From NCBI GenBank assembly GCA_030390025.1, contig CM059432.1, forward strand, positions 84,942,001 through 85,006,000: a stretch of DNA of 64,000 nucleotides, read 5' to 3'. The notes beneath the pieces were generated by a model. The model saw only the letters and a program-made list of their open reading frames with translations. It was not told the DNA's origin and ran no database searches. Shown piece by piece: positions 1-13,385 of this stretch (the first letter of the stretch is position 1; every line of letters begins with the position of its first letter). Made by a program: the position numbers and the translations under genes. Source of the stretch: Squalus acanthias (taxonomy: Eukaryota).

Positions 1-690
1 GAGCGAGTTGAAGGGTTAAGGAAGGTGTGGAAAGACAGAGCTGGGTGTCATCAGCATACATATGGAAGTTGACCTTTTGCTTTTGATGATAAACCAAGGA
101 ACAGCATTTATATGAGGAAGCAGGGGGCCTCCAAAGGGTGGGAAGAAAAGCCATTGATACATCTGCTCTGGCTACAACAGGGCAGATAAGAATGGAACCA
201 AGCAAGGGGAGTCCCATAGGGATGTTGGAGGAGGATCATGTGATTGACTTTGTTGAAAGCTGAAATGAGATCAAGGAAAATGAGGAGGGATAAGGCACCA
301 CTGTCACAGTCAATAAGAATGTCATTTATCATTTTGATTAGGGCTGTTTCAGTGTTATGGAAGCGGCAGAAACCTGATTGGAGGGTTTCCCACAGGAGAG
401 GTAACATTGTTGGGCCATGACACCGCCTGTTTTGTGGCCATATCCAATTTTTAGCCCAATGGTTTTGGTCGTCCCAGTGTTTAGTTGGAGGAAGTTATAG
501 CTCATTCAAAACTGGATGTTGGACAATTAAGGACCTTGGAGACGAAAGAGGTTGTAGGTGGGACAGTAGTTAATGAGGACAGAGAGGTCATTGGTGGATT
601 TTTTGAGGAGTGGGATGATGGTGGTGCTTTTGAATAGTTGTGTCTGAAGAGAGGAAACCATTAGCAATATCAGCTAAAATGTTCCTTTAA
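1..690 (-). mobile_element. L2-clade LINE reverse transcriptase fragment, decayed
   Basis: ORF 108..407 reads QSGF..HNTETAL..LIFLDLISAFNKVNH..LAWFHSYL, typical L2/CR1-group RT motifs. Interrupted by a short Harbinger end fragment at about 405-457. Confidence 0.8.
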
Positions 691-3004
691 GAGGCCTCCT
701 GGAGCTGCTGAGCTCCAAAAGGCCCTGTTGTGTTGTTTTTCTGGGCGAAGCTCATACTGTATCTCACCCAAACTCATAAAATTGGGCCAGTGCTGTTTAA
801 AGTGCCATTTAATGAGATGTCCGCACACATCTGAACTGCTGGCCTCAAAACAGCCCCCAAATCTGTTCTTGCAACATTTTGTGCACCAGGACTTAGACAC
901 ATTGCATCCTAATCCTAACCCCAATTCTGTGAATCCCACTGGCTACATGCAGGGCCCCACCAGCAGCTTGAAGCCTCACAAAATCAAGGTTATAAAACCC
1001 ACCTCTAAAAATCAGTATTTGATTCATCAATAGTTCAGGGCTCAGAAGGGTGCAGCATTTATCATGCTGTGTACATATAGAGTATCGACTTGTTCTACAG
1101 TCACAGCTGCTCTGTACAGAAGCAGGCAGATACTTATCTTTAGGGCCAGTAAAAGACTCTGCACACAGGCCAACCCAGTAAACTAGAAAAACTGACCAAA
1201 ACCTACAAATAAGCTTAGGTTTGCCCAAAATAGTTGACAGCTCAAAAACTAGCCTGAAAGTAGCCTAAGGACATGTGAAGGCCCATTTCTCAGTGTCAGC
1301 ATCATTTTCATATGGAGGGTGGGTGTCGGGGCCACTCGACGCATGCTCAGTTGGGTGGGGGTGGGGAGATGGCAAATTGCTGCAGCATTGTAGCATGGGC
1401 AATGGTGGTGGATCAAACTATTTTTAATTTAATTTAATAGTTCTTAATTAATTGCCTTAGAAAAAGCAGCCATTTTCATTCGAAAGAGACACAGGCCTGT
1501 CATAACTTAAGCTGTGGCTGCACTTCACAATGCAGATTGCAGGAATGACAAATTTCTAAAGGGCAATTTGAGTGCTGAAGGCATAAGATTTATTTCCCTG
1601 AGGGACCTGGGGAAAATCCTTGGAAATTTTAAAATTTTGACACTTTATTTGCTAGATTTTCAAGACATTTTAGAGCCTACTGTCGTGTTGCCCTTCAAAT
1701 CATTAAATAATTTAGTTTGGAAAGGGTACAAATATTTTATATATGAAAATAAAAGTAATTGTAGGAACTCCAATACAACTTTACCAGGCCTAGTTCTTTT
1801 CATTGGGAATCAAACCCCAAACATTATCATGTTTGTTTGTGAATTGAAACCTTTTACAACATGCCCGTACACTAATCCCAACCAACATTCTATGTTCACA
1901 AGACAAATATGGCTCACTGTCTCTTCCTGTTGCCATAATGCCCAAAGGGAGGAAAGTGGAGATTAGTTGAAATAAGAGTATGCCAATTTAATTGTTTTAA
2001 ATAAACAGCTGTATTTCTAAGTAGCTTCAGGAGGGAGAGTGAGTCAATAACATCAAAACAAAACCTTTAAACTGAGTCCTCATAATAGGGTCACACCCAA
2101 ACATTAACCTCTCGTTTCCTCTTATGCATTTAAACATTTTTTTGTTTTAGAACCTTAAAACCTGAGGCTATGGATTACACTTGGTGATAAGAGAAAATAA
2201 ATATTTAATGCATCTAGACGTCATTCCTTTGTCCAGTATTTTACCGAATGTGCTAACACATTTACAATAAACAGGTCACTTTATAACTTCTCTGCCTCAA
2301 CTTTGTTTGCAACTAACAGTAAGAGAAAATAAGGTCTGGTCGATTGGTTAGCAGCCTTCAGTTACACCCTCCAACTAATCTGATTGGTTCTGACAGCCTC
2401 CAGTCTCAACCTCGAATTTATCTGGTTGGTTGTTACTAATAATCTCCAATCTTATTGAAAGAAAGCTAACTTTCCTTGTGAAACACTAGGAAGCTGACAC
2501 ATGGGTTGGAATGCTGGCTAAAACTTAAAACATTGATGTATAATATGTATGACTCTAAGCTTGGATTTTCCTCTTGGAATCTGCCATGTGCCAAGGAAAA
2601 TGGGGTAGAGAAGCCTACCATTGATCCCTGCCCTAAACAGACCTTCACTGTTTCCCTGCCCAACCCCCCCCCCACCCTCCCTGCACTACTTGCAGGGACA
2701 TCAGCCACCAATCCATTAGTTGTCCCACAGTAAATGACAATGGAGTTGGGGCTTTGGGCTCTGGCCAATTCCTTCACATACCACTCCTGCGCTGCTGTTG
2801 CCAAAGAAGTGGGAAGAATATGGCCCTGGGAGGCACAAAACTGGCTGCCAGGAAAGGAATGGCTAACTTTCTGCCTCCCATATGATGCAAATAGTTAAAG
2901 TAGTGATCCAGGACTCCATTAAAGACTCCAAATTTAGGCACATCTTATTTCAATGGGCTTCTGGAATGCAGAAGATAGAAAAACAAGAAAAGCAATAAGA
3001 CTGA

Positions 3005-5517
3005 GGCGATGCGCGATTACCTCGCGCCCGTTCAATGTAATGAAGGCAGCACACCAGCTTTGTGCTGCCTGCTCATTATAATGACTGCTGCGTACAGCCA
3101 GCACTAACCACGTTGTTCATTGGCTGCACGCATCGGCAGGGGGCCCAATATCGTTACTTGCTAGCACTACTTAATGCTAGCCTGCACCTCTTAAAGGGAA
3201 GGTGCATTGTGGCTGCTAAAGGTGCTGACATCATTCAGAATAGTGTTGTGCAACAAAGAACAATGGCTGACCATGGGAGAGAGCAGGCTCCAAGGTTTTC
3301 CAACGCTGCACTGGAGGTCTTGGTGGAGGAGAAAATAAGGAGAGAAGTCTTGTATCTGCAGGGGGGCAGGAGGCCCTCCAGACACATGTTGAGAAGGCAG
3401 TAGGAACAGGCAGCTGCGGAGCTAAATGCCAGTTTAGCCCCGAGGACCTGGATGCAATGTTCCTATTTAGCCCCACGGCTGTGCAGCTGTCTGAATCTCC
3501 CATGCAGGCCGATTGCCGGTTTCTCAATGGAAAAACCGCGCATGCATGGAAATTTGAATGGGCCGTAAGGGACTGCGCACATTAAAAATAACTACAGGGA
3601 ACATTGCCTGGCAGCAGTGATGCAAGAAGTTTAATGACCTCACACGAGTGGTCAAGGTCAATGAATTCATTTTCAAATGCCAGATCCTACCAACTCCACC
3701 ACTAGCCTCATCCACTACTCCATTCACCTCACCCCCATTACTCACCTACCAGCAATCTCTATCAATCAGGAATCATACCTAACATTCATATGCTTCACCT
3801 CACCCTCACACATGTAGCACTGTTGCAAGCCTCACACCCACATCTCACAGCTTGCACTCACTGCCAGCTATTCAACCATGATGGCCACATCACCCAAACA
3901 TATTGCACAACACTCACTGACACACTTCCCTCTCTCTTGCAGGAGAAGGTGGTGCACAACCGGAGGCAGCAGGAACTAACCGCCTGCATGTTCTAACCTC
4001 CGTGGAGGAGATGGTGCTGAGCCATTGCTGAGGCTGTGGCCAGCGGCGGGGCTAAATCCAGTGGATACCAATGTTTAAAGGGGCTCGCAATCTGTCCTCC
4101 AACGGATTATTAGAATTTCAGCAGCACTGCCCCGGGGGATGACAGCATTCGTGATCCCACCCCTGCCACTCCGCCAGTGCTCGTGCTGTTACCTGTCAGT
4201 CAGCCAGCCCAGACTGCAGCCGCCACTCATGCCGAGGTGGTGCAGTCTGAAGCCGGGCCTTCTGGGCCCAGAGCTGCTCAAGGTCGTCCTCCAAGGCCAT
4301 CTGTAGTCTCCATCATTGAAAGTCAGCAGCCTTCCACCAGCCATACTGCAGCCACTGGGGTAGCACTGTGTAGGAGCACCAGGACAGGCACAGGCACTAA
4401 GGGAATGCACAAGGCTGATTAGTTTTATTTTGTATGCAATATGGCATGATTTAATTTATAAATTTGATTTGGAATGTGTCTTTTGTGTTGGCTTTTATTT
4501 TTGTGTTGCAGCCAAGGGGACGATGTGATGGTCAATGGCAGAGGGAAGGTAAGGAGTGTGGGACTAATGGGGAATTGGGGTTAAGGTACTGGTATCATAC
4601 TTGAATTAGTTCTTCACATACAGCCCGAGCAGAAAGGGACTGTCTAGATTGCAGCCTCCCTTCCTCTTCCTCCTCTTCCACATCCTCCTCTTTCTCATCC
4701 TTTCTCATTGTTGCTAATACCTCCAGCACCAGCCAGCTGCGTAAATGTTCATAGCCACGGTCACCTTCACAGCCACTGGCAATATGGTCCTTGCCCTGCT
4801 CTAAGGTTGGAGTTGTGGCTGCAGTAGTTGGCAGATTTCAGTGGGGACCTCCTTACTGAAGCACAGATGTCTCAAACATTGGTCGCCACTGAGATTCAGA
4901 TAGGAGAGTTGCCCCCATTAACATCTTGTGTGATATTGCCTCCTGCTGAGAGTGCTTCTCCCCCTCCGCCTCCCTCTCCTCCCTCTTCTAGCAGCATGTC
5001 CTGCTCTGCATGGCCTCTGCTCATTCTCCCAGTCATGCTTGATTCCAAGAGGGAGGCCTTCTAGTGCACCCATGTGTGGGAGCAACTGGTTTGTGCAGAA
5101 GCCTTGAAGTCAGCAAAAAGTAGTTCAACACCTGCCACACCACTCCTTGTAGACATTTGAAACTTGAAACAATTATGGAAGGCACCAAAAACATGTAGAA
5201 TTGTAGCAATAGCCAGAAAAAAATCAACCAGTAAGTAGTTGATGGTCCCTTTAAATAGCGCTGGTGTGGGGGTCCTTGATGCTACTTAATGAGTGTTCAG
5301 CTATGCAAGTGTCGGCTGGAGTGTGGAGCTCCAAAATAGCAGGGCTGGCATCAAATTAGTGTTGTACGATGGATGTTAAATGCGCGTGCACGCTAACCCC
5401 TTTACCAAGATGGCATCTGGCATGCTTCACGTCAGAAACAGCAGACACCATTTTGGAACCATAAGGGCACTCGTAGCGCCCAAAAAACATGCGCTACTGA
5501 GCTCAATATCGCCCGCC
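3005..5517. mobile_element. Harbinger/PIF transposon, decayed: Myb/SANT gene on +, transposase remnants on -
   Basis: ATG at 3263 gives MADHGREQAPRFSNAALEVLVEE; KKFNDLTRVVK followed by gt at about 3657 and acceptor ctcttgcag|GAGAAG at about 3942. Minus-strand LPVAVKVTV remnant at about 4760-4782. The left end resembles the reverse complement of 41220-41290. Confidence 0.8.
3455..3606. mobile_element. hAT-like MITE inserted in the Myb exon
   Basis: Termini CAATGTTCCT...AGGGAACATTG; flanks cctggatg / cctggcag form a degenerate 8-bp TSD; removing it rejoins the WMQ and KKFNDL coding segments. Confidence 0.7.
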
Positions 5518-6083
5518 GTGTGTCTATAGTGTACATTGAGAAAACTGTCTGGGGGTGATTTTCCCTGGATTCCTTAGGCAGTAAAGAGCCTCACAGGTGG
5601 CCAAGATGGAATCTTGAACTGCAACGCCGGTTTAGCACAAGATGCCATCTTGGTAAAGGAGTTGAAGCGTGCTCTAGGAACGGCAGCCCCGAGGATCGTT
5701 AAGGCTCTGATTGACAATTAAATTGCCTGGTAGCGATCATCAAAGAGGCTGCACGCCATTTTGCTGCCTAGTGCTGCAATTAACGACCTCTCGTAACAGT
5801 GACCAGCTGAATATGAGCAAACAAATTGTTGCTGAGGATTTCTAGCGCTACTTATAGCCATGCTCAGCTTTCATTGTTCTCTTGCTGCTGGAGATTGACT
5901 GGCTAGACTGCGTTTTGAAGAGGAGTTTTCAGGATACTTTCTGGGACAAGTTGTCAGGACTTCACCAACACTCTCAACATTTTTCCCAGAAATTCTTTGA
6001 GGAATTCACCTTGAGTGAGTGCTGTGCTACTCTACCTTATTGGAGACCTTATAGGAATCACCAGGAGAAAGGGAGTGGTTAAT

Positions 6084-7177
6084 CATGGGGATTTTGCTAG
6101 GGGTCCCCCTTGATCTGGAGGCAGAGCAGCACCAGCTTCTGCAGGAGAGGGGGACAGGACAGCTCTCAGCAGAAGGCCCTATCCACCCAGGCTCTTCAGA
6201 GAGCACTACTCCTACATTCACATGACCCAAGACCAGTGCATGTGCTTTCCCAAGGAGATCTGTGGCCTCGTGGAAGGAAGACTCAGCCCTCTCAGCACAG
6301 CCAGGACTGCATTGCCTGTGGCGGTCAAGGTCACAGTAGCACTTAAATTTTATGCTACTGGAATTTTCCAGGCTGCCACAGGTGATATCAGTCAGATATC
6401 ACAATCCACTGTGCACTTCTGCATAAGGGAGGTTGCTGAAGCTCTATACGCATTGAGGAATGACAATATATCATTCCCTATTGCCAGAGAAGACCAGAGG
6501 CAGAGAGGTCGAGGTTTTGACAGGATTGCGGGATTCCCCGTAGTCCAGGGAGCCATTGACTGCACACATGTGGCCATGCGAGCCCCTCATTTAAACACTG
6601 AGGTGTTCAGGAACAGGAAGGGATTCCATTCCCTCAATGTGCAGATCGTGTGCAACCACCAGCAGCGCATCATGCAGGTGAATGCCTGCTATCCAGGATA
6701 CGTTTATAATGAGACAGTCATCCATCCCACAGATCTTTGAGCCCCAGCGCAATGTGCATGACTGGCTACTAGGTGACGAGGGATACCCTCTGATACCATG
6801 GCTCATGACTCCCCTGAGAAAGCCCCAGACACCAGCTGAGCACGGATACAATGAGAGCCACTCTGCCACCAGGAATATTATTGAGCAGACCACTGCTTCC
6901 TCAAGCAGAGGTTTAGATGCCTTGACCAGTCAGGAGGTGCCCTGCAGTACTCGGCCGAGAAGGTCTCCAGATTCATGGTGACTTGCTGCATGCTCTACAA
7001 TCTGGTGATCATAGAGACCAGCTGTTACCACCAGCAATTGTGCCAGAAGGTCAAGCTCAGGAGCTGGAGGAGGAGAAAAACGATGAGGGGGACCAGGGGG
7101 ATCACCAGAGGGTTCCAGGTAGACGGCCCTCACTTGGGAGGGGCACTTGCCACCATCTTATTGAAGACGGTTTTTGA
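6084..7177 (+). pseudogene. Harbinger DDE transposase (HARBI1-like), frameshifted
   Basis: Motifs LPVAVKVTVALKFYATG, GAIDCTHV, NRKGFHSLNVQ, LLGDEGYP and TRNIIEQ are spread over ORFs 6222..6740, 6682..6981 and 6983..7177. The HD motif is missing. Confidence 0.9.
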
Positions 7178-7282
7178 GAAACTTCCTCCACCATCAGACT
7201 TCGGAGCACTGTTGCCACATGCCTTACCTTCCATGACTGAGGATCCATCAAGGAGTCCACCATCTGCACTCAATCCTTTCAA

Positions 7283-8750
7283 TCACTTCCTCATGAACAA
7301 CACAATAAAAAGGACCACTGTAATGGAAGCTGTTTGAGCTTCCATTGCAGAACTTTGTTGTTCCATGCATGCTGTTTGGCGTTGAATGGAAGCTGCAATG
7401 ATTGCAGTACAAGCTGCGACATCAGTCATCAGACACAGCATGATGTCGGGCTCCACAGGTCGTTGGATGGAATTAGCCAGCCTCTCTATGCTGGAGAAGA
7501 TGGGTTCCAGGGTCTGCATTAACCCACGGGCCAAGCTGAAGGTGAACTCCTCCATTCCATTAGCTACGATCTGTAAGCTTTCAGGCAGGCTGTCCATTGC
7601 ACCAAGCATTTGGTTTGTCAAATCCATCAGCCTTCTTCTGAAGCTTGGCCCAGTGAGGTCCTCATCTGACTCCTCTGCAGTAGAACTAGTTTGTGTCTTT
7701 GCTCCCTGGCAAGGTGGCACTTGTGTACCTTCCACCTGGCGTGGCTGCTGCCCACTAGTGCCCGCTATGTCCCAATGTGTTCTACACTCCCCCCTAAGTC
7801 ACATGTGATGTGATGCTTGTCTTTGAGCTCGTGCCTGCAACAGTGGTAGCGATTAAGGCAGAGCCATCTTCCTCGCTCTCCTCCTTCTCCTCCTTTTCCT
7901 CTGGGGGGTGAGGGGGATCTTGATCCTGGGAGCCTACAATGATAAGGTTTAGAAGGGTTAGGGTGCAGCGCATGTGGCCACTGTAGGAGGATGTGTGTGA
8001 TGATGGAACTTGTGAGTGAAGATAGGTTTGGGGGATTAGGGATCAGGAATAATTATGGATATGTAATGAAGCTGGAGTGGCCACATACACCTAGGTGATC
8101 TGCCCCCTGCTCTGCCTGTGGCCACAGTGTCTGCCACTCCCTCCCGATCACCACCAGCACTGCCTCCTCAAGGGAGTGATCTCATGGAGTCGTGCTTCCC
8201 CTCACCCGGTCAGGTCCTGCTGGCGACTGTTATGTATTATCTTGTCCTGGAAGAGAAAGAGTGGTAATTATAACTTGAGTGTATTTTCAGGAAAGATTGT
8301 GTATGTGTGTGTGTGATGCCTCACATGGTTGAAGAGCTGTGAGCTGTGTCTGAGGTGTGAGTTGTGCCTGTGAAGGATGCAATAGTGTGGGTTGTGTGAA
8401 TGTCAGTGCATAGTTAGATGGTGGATGCAGTGTGTTGAGATTGTGGTGCTAGTGGTGGTGCAGTTATTGAGCAGCGTGTTTGTGAGATGGATATCTTGCC
8501 TTGACCACTCATGTCAAGTCGTTCAATTTCTTGTGGCACTGGAGCCATGTCTTGGGGCAGGGCTGCTGGCTGTTGCCTCCTGGGTGATCTCTCCCACATC
8601 CGCCACATTAGCTGCCTCTGGCCTTCTTCCTCTGCCCCCCCCCCCCCCCTAGCGGGTACAGGCCATCCCTCCTCTTCTGGTCCTCCTCCACCAGAACCTC
8701 CAGTGCTGCATCCGAGAACCAGTGTGCCTTCTCCCTCGGTCCCTGAGCCA
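7283..8750 (-). pseudogene. Harbinger Myb/SANT accessory gene, spliced, decayed
   Basis: Last exon ORF 7283..7735 (DEDL..FRRRLM..MLGAMDSLPES, helical A/Q/M-rich tail); upstream exons at about 8090-8248 and 8500-8750. Confidence 0.7.
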
Positions 8751-11700
8751 TCCTCAAGTGTTGCGTTATATGTCAGCCAGCACACTGCATACCTTCAGTG
8801 GAAGTGGGTGCACGGAGGCCACGAAAATTGCTTCTAATTAACGATTGAGTGCTAAACCTGCAGATGTCTGTATTAGTGCCTCCAGGCATGTTTAATTCAT
8901 GGTAATCACCAATTAGCCCCAAAATTGTGGGCTAAAACCAGACTTTCAAACAGACGTGTCTTAGTAGCACTTAGCGCCTGTTTTTCACCCTTTCACCAAA
9001 ATAACCCCCTCAATGTTTTTACAGTTGAACCAGTAAGCGTTCCATTAGTGCTGAGCCATTAGTCAATTTTCTTCTTTCTCATTGATTAAGAATTTAAATC
9101 ACTGTAGCCAGAAATTACACTGCATGATATTATTGTACAGTATTATTGCATTTGTATCAACATCCTATGTCCATTATTTTAACAGAAATGCAATTCATTT
9201 AAAATGTTCAAATAACTGACTGAGGAATTTGATACGAATCAAGCAATTGTACAAGTATGTCCCACAACATCATTTTCAGACGTGCTTTTCTCTTTTTTAA
9301 TTGGTTATTTTCCCCTTTGGTTGTGCCTTTATTATTCACCAATCTTGCTACGCAAAATCTTTCTCTCCAATCACATTCCACTCAAAAACATTCTACATGA
9401 TCACTGTTACAGTGATGCTTTTAAAACACAGTTTCTGTGTCAATGGCTGTACCAGAGTCCCCTTGAGTCTTAAAAACAGGAAATGTACATTTTAGGTTGT
9501 GTAACTCAGTTACCTTATATGGCAGAAATACTGGAACAAGAATTTACATAGGATGCCCAGCACATTTCTTATTAGTCTGAAAGGTGGAAAATATCAAATG
9601 GGAGACCCACTTCATCTAGGCAAAAACTACTGCTTGAATTTATTAGCAATTAGATGATTTATAGATGTAAAGATACAGGGACAAAGGCCCTGAAATTCTG
9701 TGGGGCTGCTACCGCTCTTCTGCCATAACACCAGCGGAAGACCAGCAGAACCCTAAGGGAATTATGAAAAATACCCATTTCTGCTGTTTCCCACTGATAT
9801 CCTACCAGAGTTGCAGAGGGAGAGTAGTAGAACTCCATCAAATTGTAGGGCAAGCTACTTCACAATAGAAGTAGTAATTCATAATATACAACCAAATGGC
9901 TGCTTAAATTGTTCGCTCAACCTCCAGAAAACTCTTGCAATGACCCATTCTCTTGTTGTAAAGAGAAATAGCAGTTACCTTGAAAAATTAAATGACAATA
10001 TCATGGAGATGTTCTCATTGAATGACTGTCGGGACTGTATCACCAGCCCATTCTCACAGGTAGCCACCAGATATTATCAACATGGAACAACAACAATCCA
10101 TTCTACACAATCTCATTGTAACATATAAAATTGGTCTAAGCACATCCAGCAAAAAAACCTCATGAGTTTCCTTGGTAGTTTCTCACCCAACCCATTGTAT
10201 ACCCCTAGAAATAAAATCACATAACAAATAAAAAATTCACCCAAAAGAATCGCAGACGTACAGATAAATGTTGTTTCAATAACTTTCCCTTCTCTTCCAC
10301 AAACAACACAATGCAAGCTGCCAGACCGTTAAACATCCTGGGCTGATTGGGCTCTGGATAAATTCCCCCTCCCCGCCAACTCAACCACCTGATGTTTCAT
10401 GTACAGAGGTCCTAATGTAAGCAGGCAAACAAACAAACATGCATAGGACCCCATCTCCAACGTGAAAGACTGCAGAATTACTTTCTTTACTGCCTGGGCA
10501 TTAAGCATCCCCTGTACGCAGTGCAGAGAGAAGATCAGGTGGGGAGGATTGCATACCATGAACAGAGCCTGCCTGATTTTCCTTGCTTTTAATTTAATGG
10601 AAGGAAGATCAGACAGGCTTCATCGTGGGCATGCAATCCTCCCCCACCCGATTTTCCTCTCGACACTCCACCCGGGTGATGCAGTAAAGATGAAAATCTA
10701 ATCCTACGGTTTCCAAGGACACAAGTCGGCACAGTGTAACCCCTGCATTACACGCTAAGTAATCAGCAGAGATTAGCAAGTCTGGGATGAGAAGTCCCAG
10801 CAGAGGCACAACCTGCACGAAAGGAAAGATCTGGACATGTGAGTAGTTTACTTACTTCAGCCATTTAACTTGCAGTTGCTGATATCAGTTGTCAGTGTGT
10901 CAGTCCAAGGCTCAGTTCAATCTTTCACTAAAACCCCTAATGGCCTTGATCAGTGTGTGTGCCTCAGCTGATACTGATACTGACAGAAAAAGCAACAGAA
11001 GGAATGGGAGCTTACCCTCAACATTGTCCCCACAGGGATAAATAACAAGAGAGAAAAACAATACCAAGAGAAATAAATATATTAAAAGAGAAAAGAGAGA
11101 ATGACAGAAAAACTGAGGGAAAGAAGTACTAAGGAGAAGAGAAAAATAAATAAGAGTAGTAAGATAATTAAATACTTTAAAAAAGACTGAAAAATAACTA
11201 TTATAAAATAGAAATAAATATTGAAAAATAAATAGACATATATAATTATTGAGAAACAGAAAGAATTTCAATCTAGATTGAGAAACAGAGAGGCAGTATA
11301 AAACAAAGAGAAAATCAGGAGAGAAGGCGGCTAGAGCTATTTTTTTTTAAATAAACCCATCAGTACTAATATGCATAGCTGGATGGATCCAAGGCACTAT
11401 TGGAAGTTTTTAGTGAGGCCTGCTTCAGAATCACTAATAACACCACCAACAACCCAATATCCAAATGTACTGGAGTTTGTCTCTGTTGCATGAATCCCAA
11501 TTTCACTTACTTCAATAATGGGGAATAGGATAAAAAGAGAAACAGATGATGCCGGAGGAGGGAATGGGGAGAAATATCCCTTTTGAGGGGAGGGTGTAAG
11601 GGGGCTAAGGGAGAGGGAGGTAAAACGATTTGGCAATGCAGAACAGATTGAGAGACACTATTCAAGAGAGAGAGCGGAGAGATTTTGCTGGATGGGGGTT

Positions 11701-11753
11701 GGGAGAGACAAGAGAACAGAAAAGATGTTTTCTTGGACAGAGAAAGAGATTAT

Positions 11754-12364
11754 GGGGGAAACTTTGGGTTTTGCGCAAATCCCGTAGTGCCCGGGCGTGG
11801 CGCCGCTAACGCCTCCCATGAAATTCAACGACCCGCTTGTGCCCAGGCCGCAAACTTCCCTTGCGCCCCCTGACCTACCGCCGGACAATATGTCTGACAG
11901 GATCAGGGGGCGTTTTTTGCAGCGGTGGCGGCGCCGCTACTTAAAGGGCAGGTGTCGGGCGACTATTTTTATTTTGGCCGACTGCCAGCACCTGCCCCCT
12001 TTTTTATGCAGGGTGCTGGCACTCCTCTTGAGTGCCGGGCTGCTTTCACGGCTCCCCGCTCCTCGGTGGTCCAGCAGGGCCCCCGTGCGCGCAGCGCTAG
12101 GCCCCTCCCCTTTAATCGGGGAGGAGGCCTGCAATGACGCGGCGCTACGTGCAGCTGCGCGTGTAGCAGTTGCACGTAAAGCTGCGAACTTCAGTAGTAG
12201 TGCCCCAAGAAGGAGGGGGAGCACTTCCAGTAGGGCCCCACCTCCTGCTTGGGACGCAACTACTGAATTTATGGTGGAGGGGCACTAACTTTTTCGGGGC
12301 GCTAAAATTAGCACCCTGGCAACATTAGCGCCCCCAAAAGGGGCGCCATCCAATTTTTCCCCCC
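11754..12364. mobile_element. GC/CpG-rich Harbinger-type MITE
   Basis: Ends GGGGGAAACTTTGG / CCAATTTTTCCCCCC, repeated GGCGCTAA/TTAGCGCC subterminal motifs, similar in style to 57123-58015. Confidence 0.7.
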
Positions 12365-12944
12365 GTGAATAAAACAGGCTCAAAGCATACCAATTTAGCA
12401 ATGGGACAGCATGAGCACAATCTGTGCAAGCATCTGGCCCATTTTTGGGTGTCCCGGTAAGATGCCTAAAACAGGCATTAGGCCCCTAGAATATGTAAAT
12501 TAGAGGCTTATCACTTGTTAAAGGACCCCTTTTCCCAGCTCCACAGCAATCTCGAAGACCATTGCCAGTCCCCACTTGGCCCTCTCCTGATCGCCTCCCC
12601 CTTTCTCCCGATCAGCCTGGGGACACGCAGTAGGCATCTGCAGCTCGTCAATCAAATTTAAATGAGGCCCAAGGCCCAATTTTGATCGGGCCTCAGGTAT
12701 TGCACCAGCCACGTGATGTTCATGTCTGGCATGATATTGGAGAGCTGGATTTGTTATATCTGCTTGTTTTTTTTCTCCCACTGAGATGAAGTCCTTCAAT
12801 GGACATGAGTTCCAAAATGAAACAAAAGCCTAAAATAAATAGTTACGTATTTCTTTTCACTAGCTCTAATTATACTCAATATGGAATGTTTTGTACCTTT
12901 AAAAATGGTACCATGCTGACAGAAAGACACATATTATGGAGATA

Positions 12945-13205
12945 AAGGAAAATACTGCAGATGCTAAAAATCTGAAACAAAAACAGAGAATACTGGAAAC
13001 ACTCAGCAGATAGAGAGAGCAAAAGTCAACGGTTCGGGTATGGATTCTGATTTTTCCACTTCCCCCTTTCCCTTGTTCTGTTCCTTTATTAAATGCTGTT
13101 CTTCTGTAATATTTTACAGTTCTGAGGAAGGGCCTATCCCCAAAACATCGACTTTTGTTCTCTCCTGACCTGCTAACTGTTTCCAGCATTTTCTGTTCTT
13201 TTACA
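12945..13205. mobile_element. Penelope-like inverted-repeat fragment with degenerate hammerhead core
   Basis: Inverted arms acagagaatactggaaacactcagca / tgctaactgtttccagcattttctgt; same family as 44250-44370 and 52464-52598. Confidence 0.65.
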
Positions 13206-13385
13206 CATATTATTGGAATAGTTTCAGGATCATGGGTGAGAATCACAATACAACATTCTATGGCTACCAAATTTGGAGTCAGTTACATGAATAGGTGAAC
13301 ATGTGACACCAAATTCAAGCACGGTAGCAACCCTTCTCCCATTGTAATTAACACAAGGAGCGTGAAATTGGTCCTTGCCTGTAGC

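Larger units (their letters stand above)
5551..9009. mobile_element. Full-length-architecture Harbinger transposon (two convergent genes)
   Basis: TIRs GGGGGTGATTTT / AAAATAACCCCC; transposase on +, Myb/SANT gene on -. Confidence 0.85.

Noticed and set aside
6084..7177. Domesticated host HARBI1 gene
   Set aside because: Frameshifted, enclosed by TIRs, paired with a Myb gene, and has several local paralogues.
10912..11271. Hydrophobic membrane-protein ORF
   Set aside because: Translation of low-complexity A/G-rich sequence.
11754..12364. CpG-island promoter or 163-aa gene
   Set aside because: GC richness is bounded by MITE-type termini and the ORFs have no recognisable domain.
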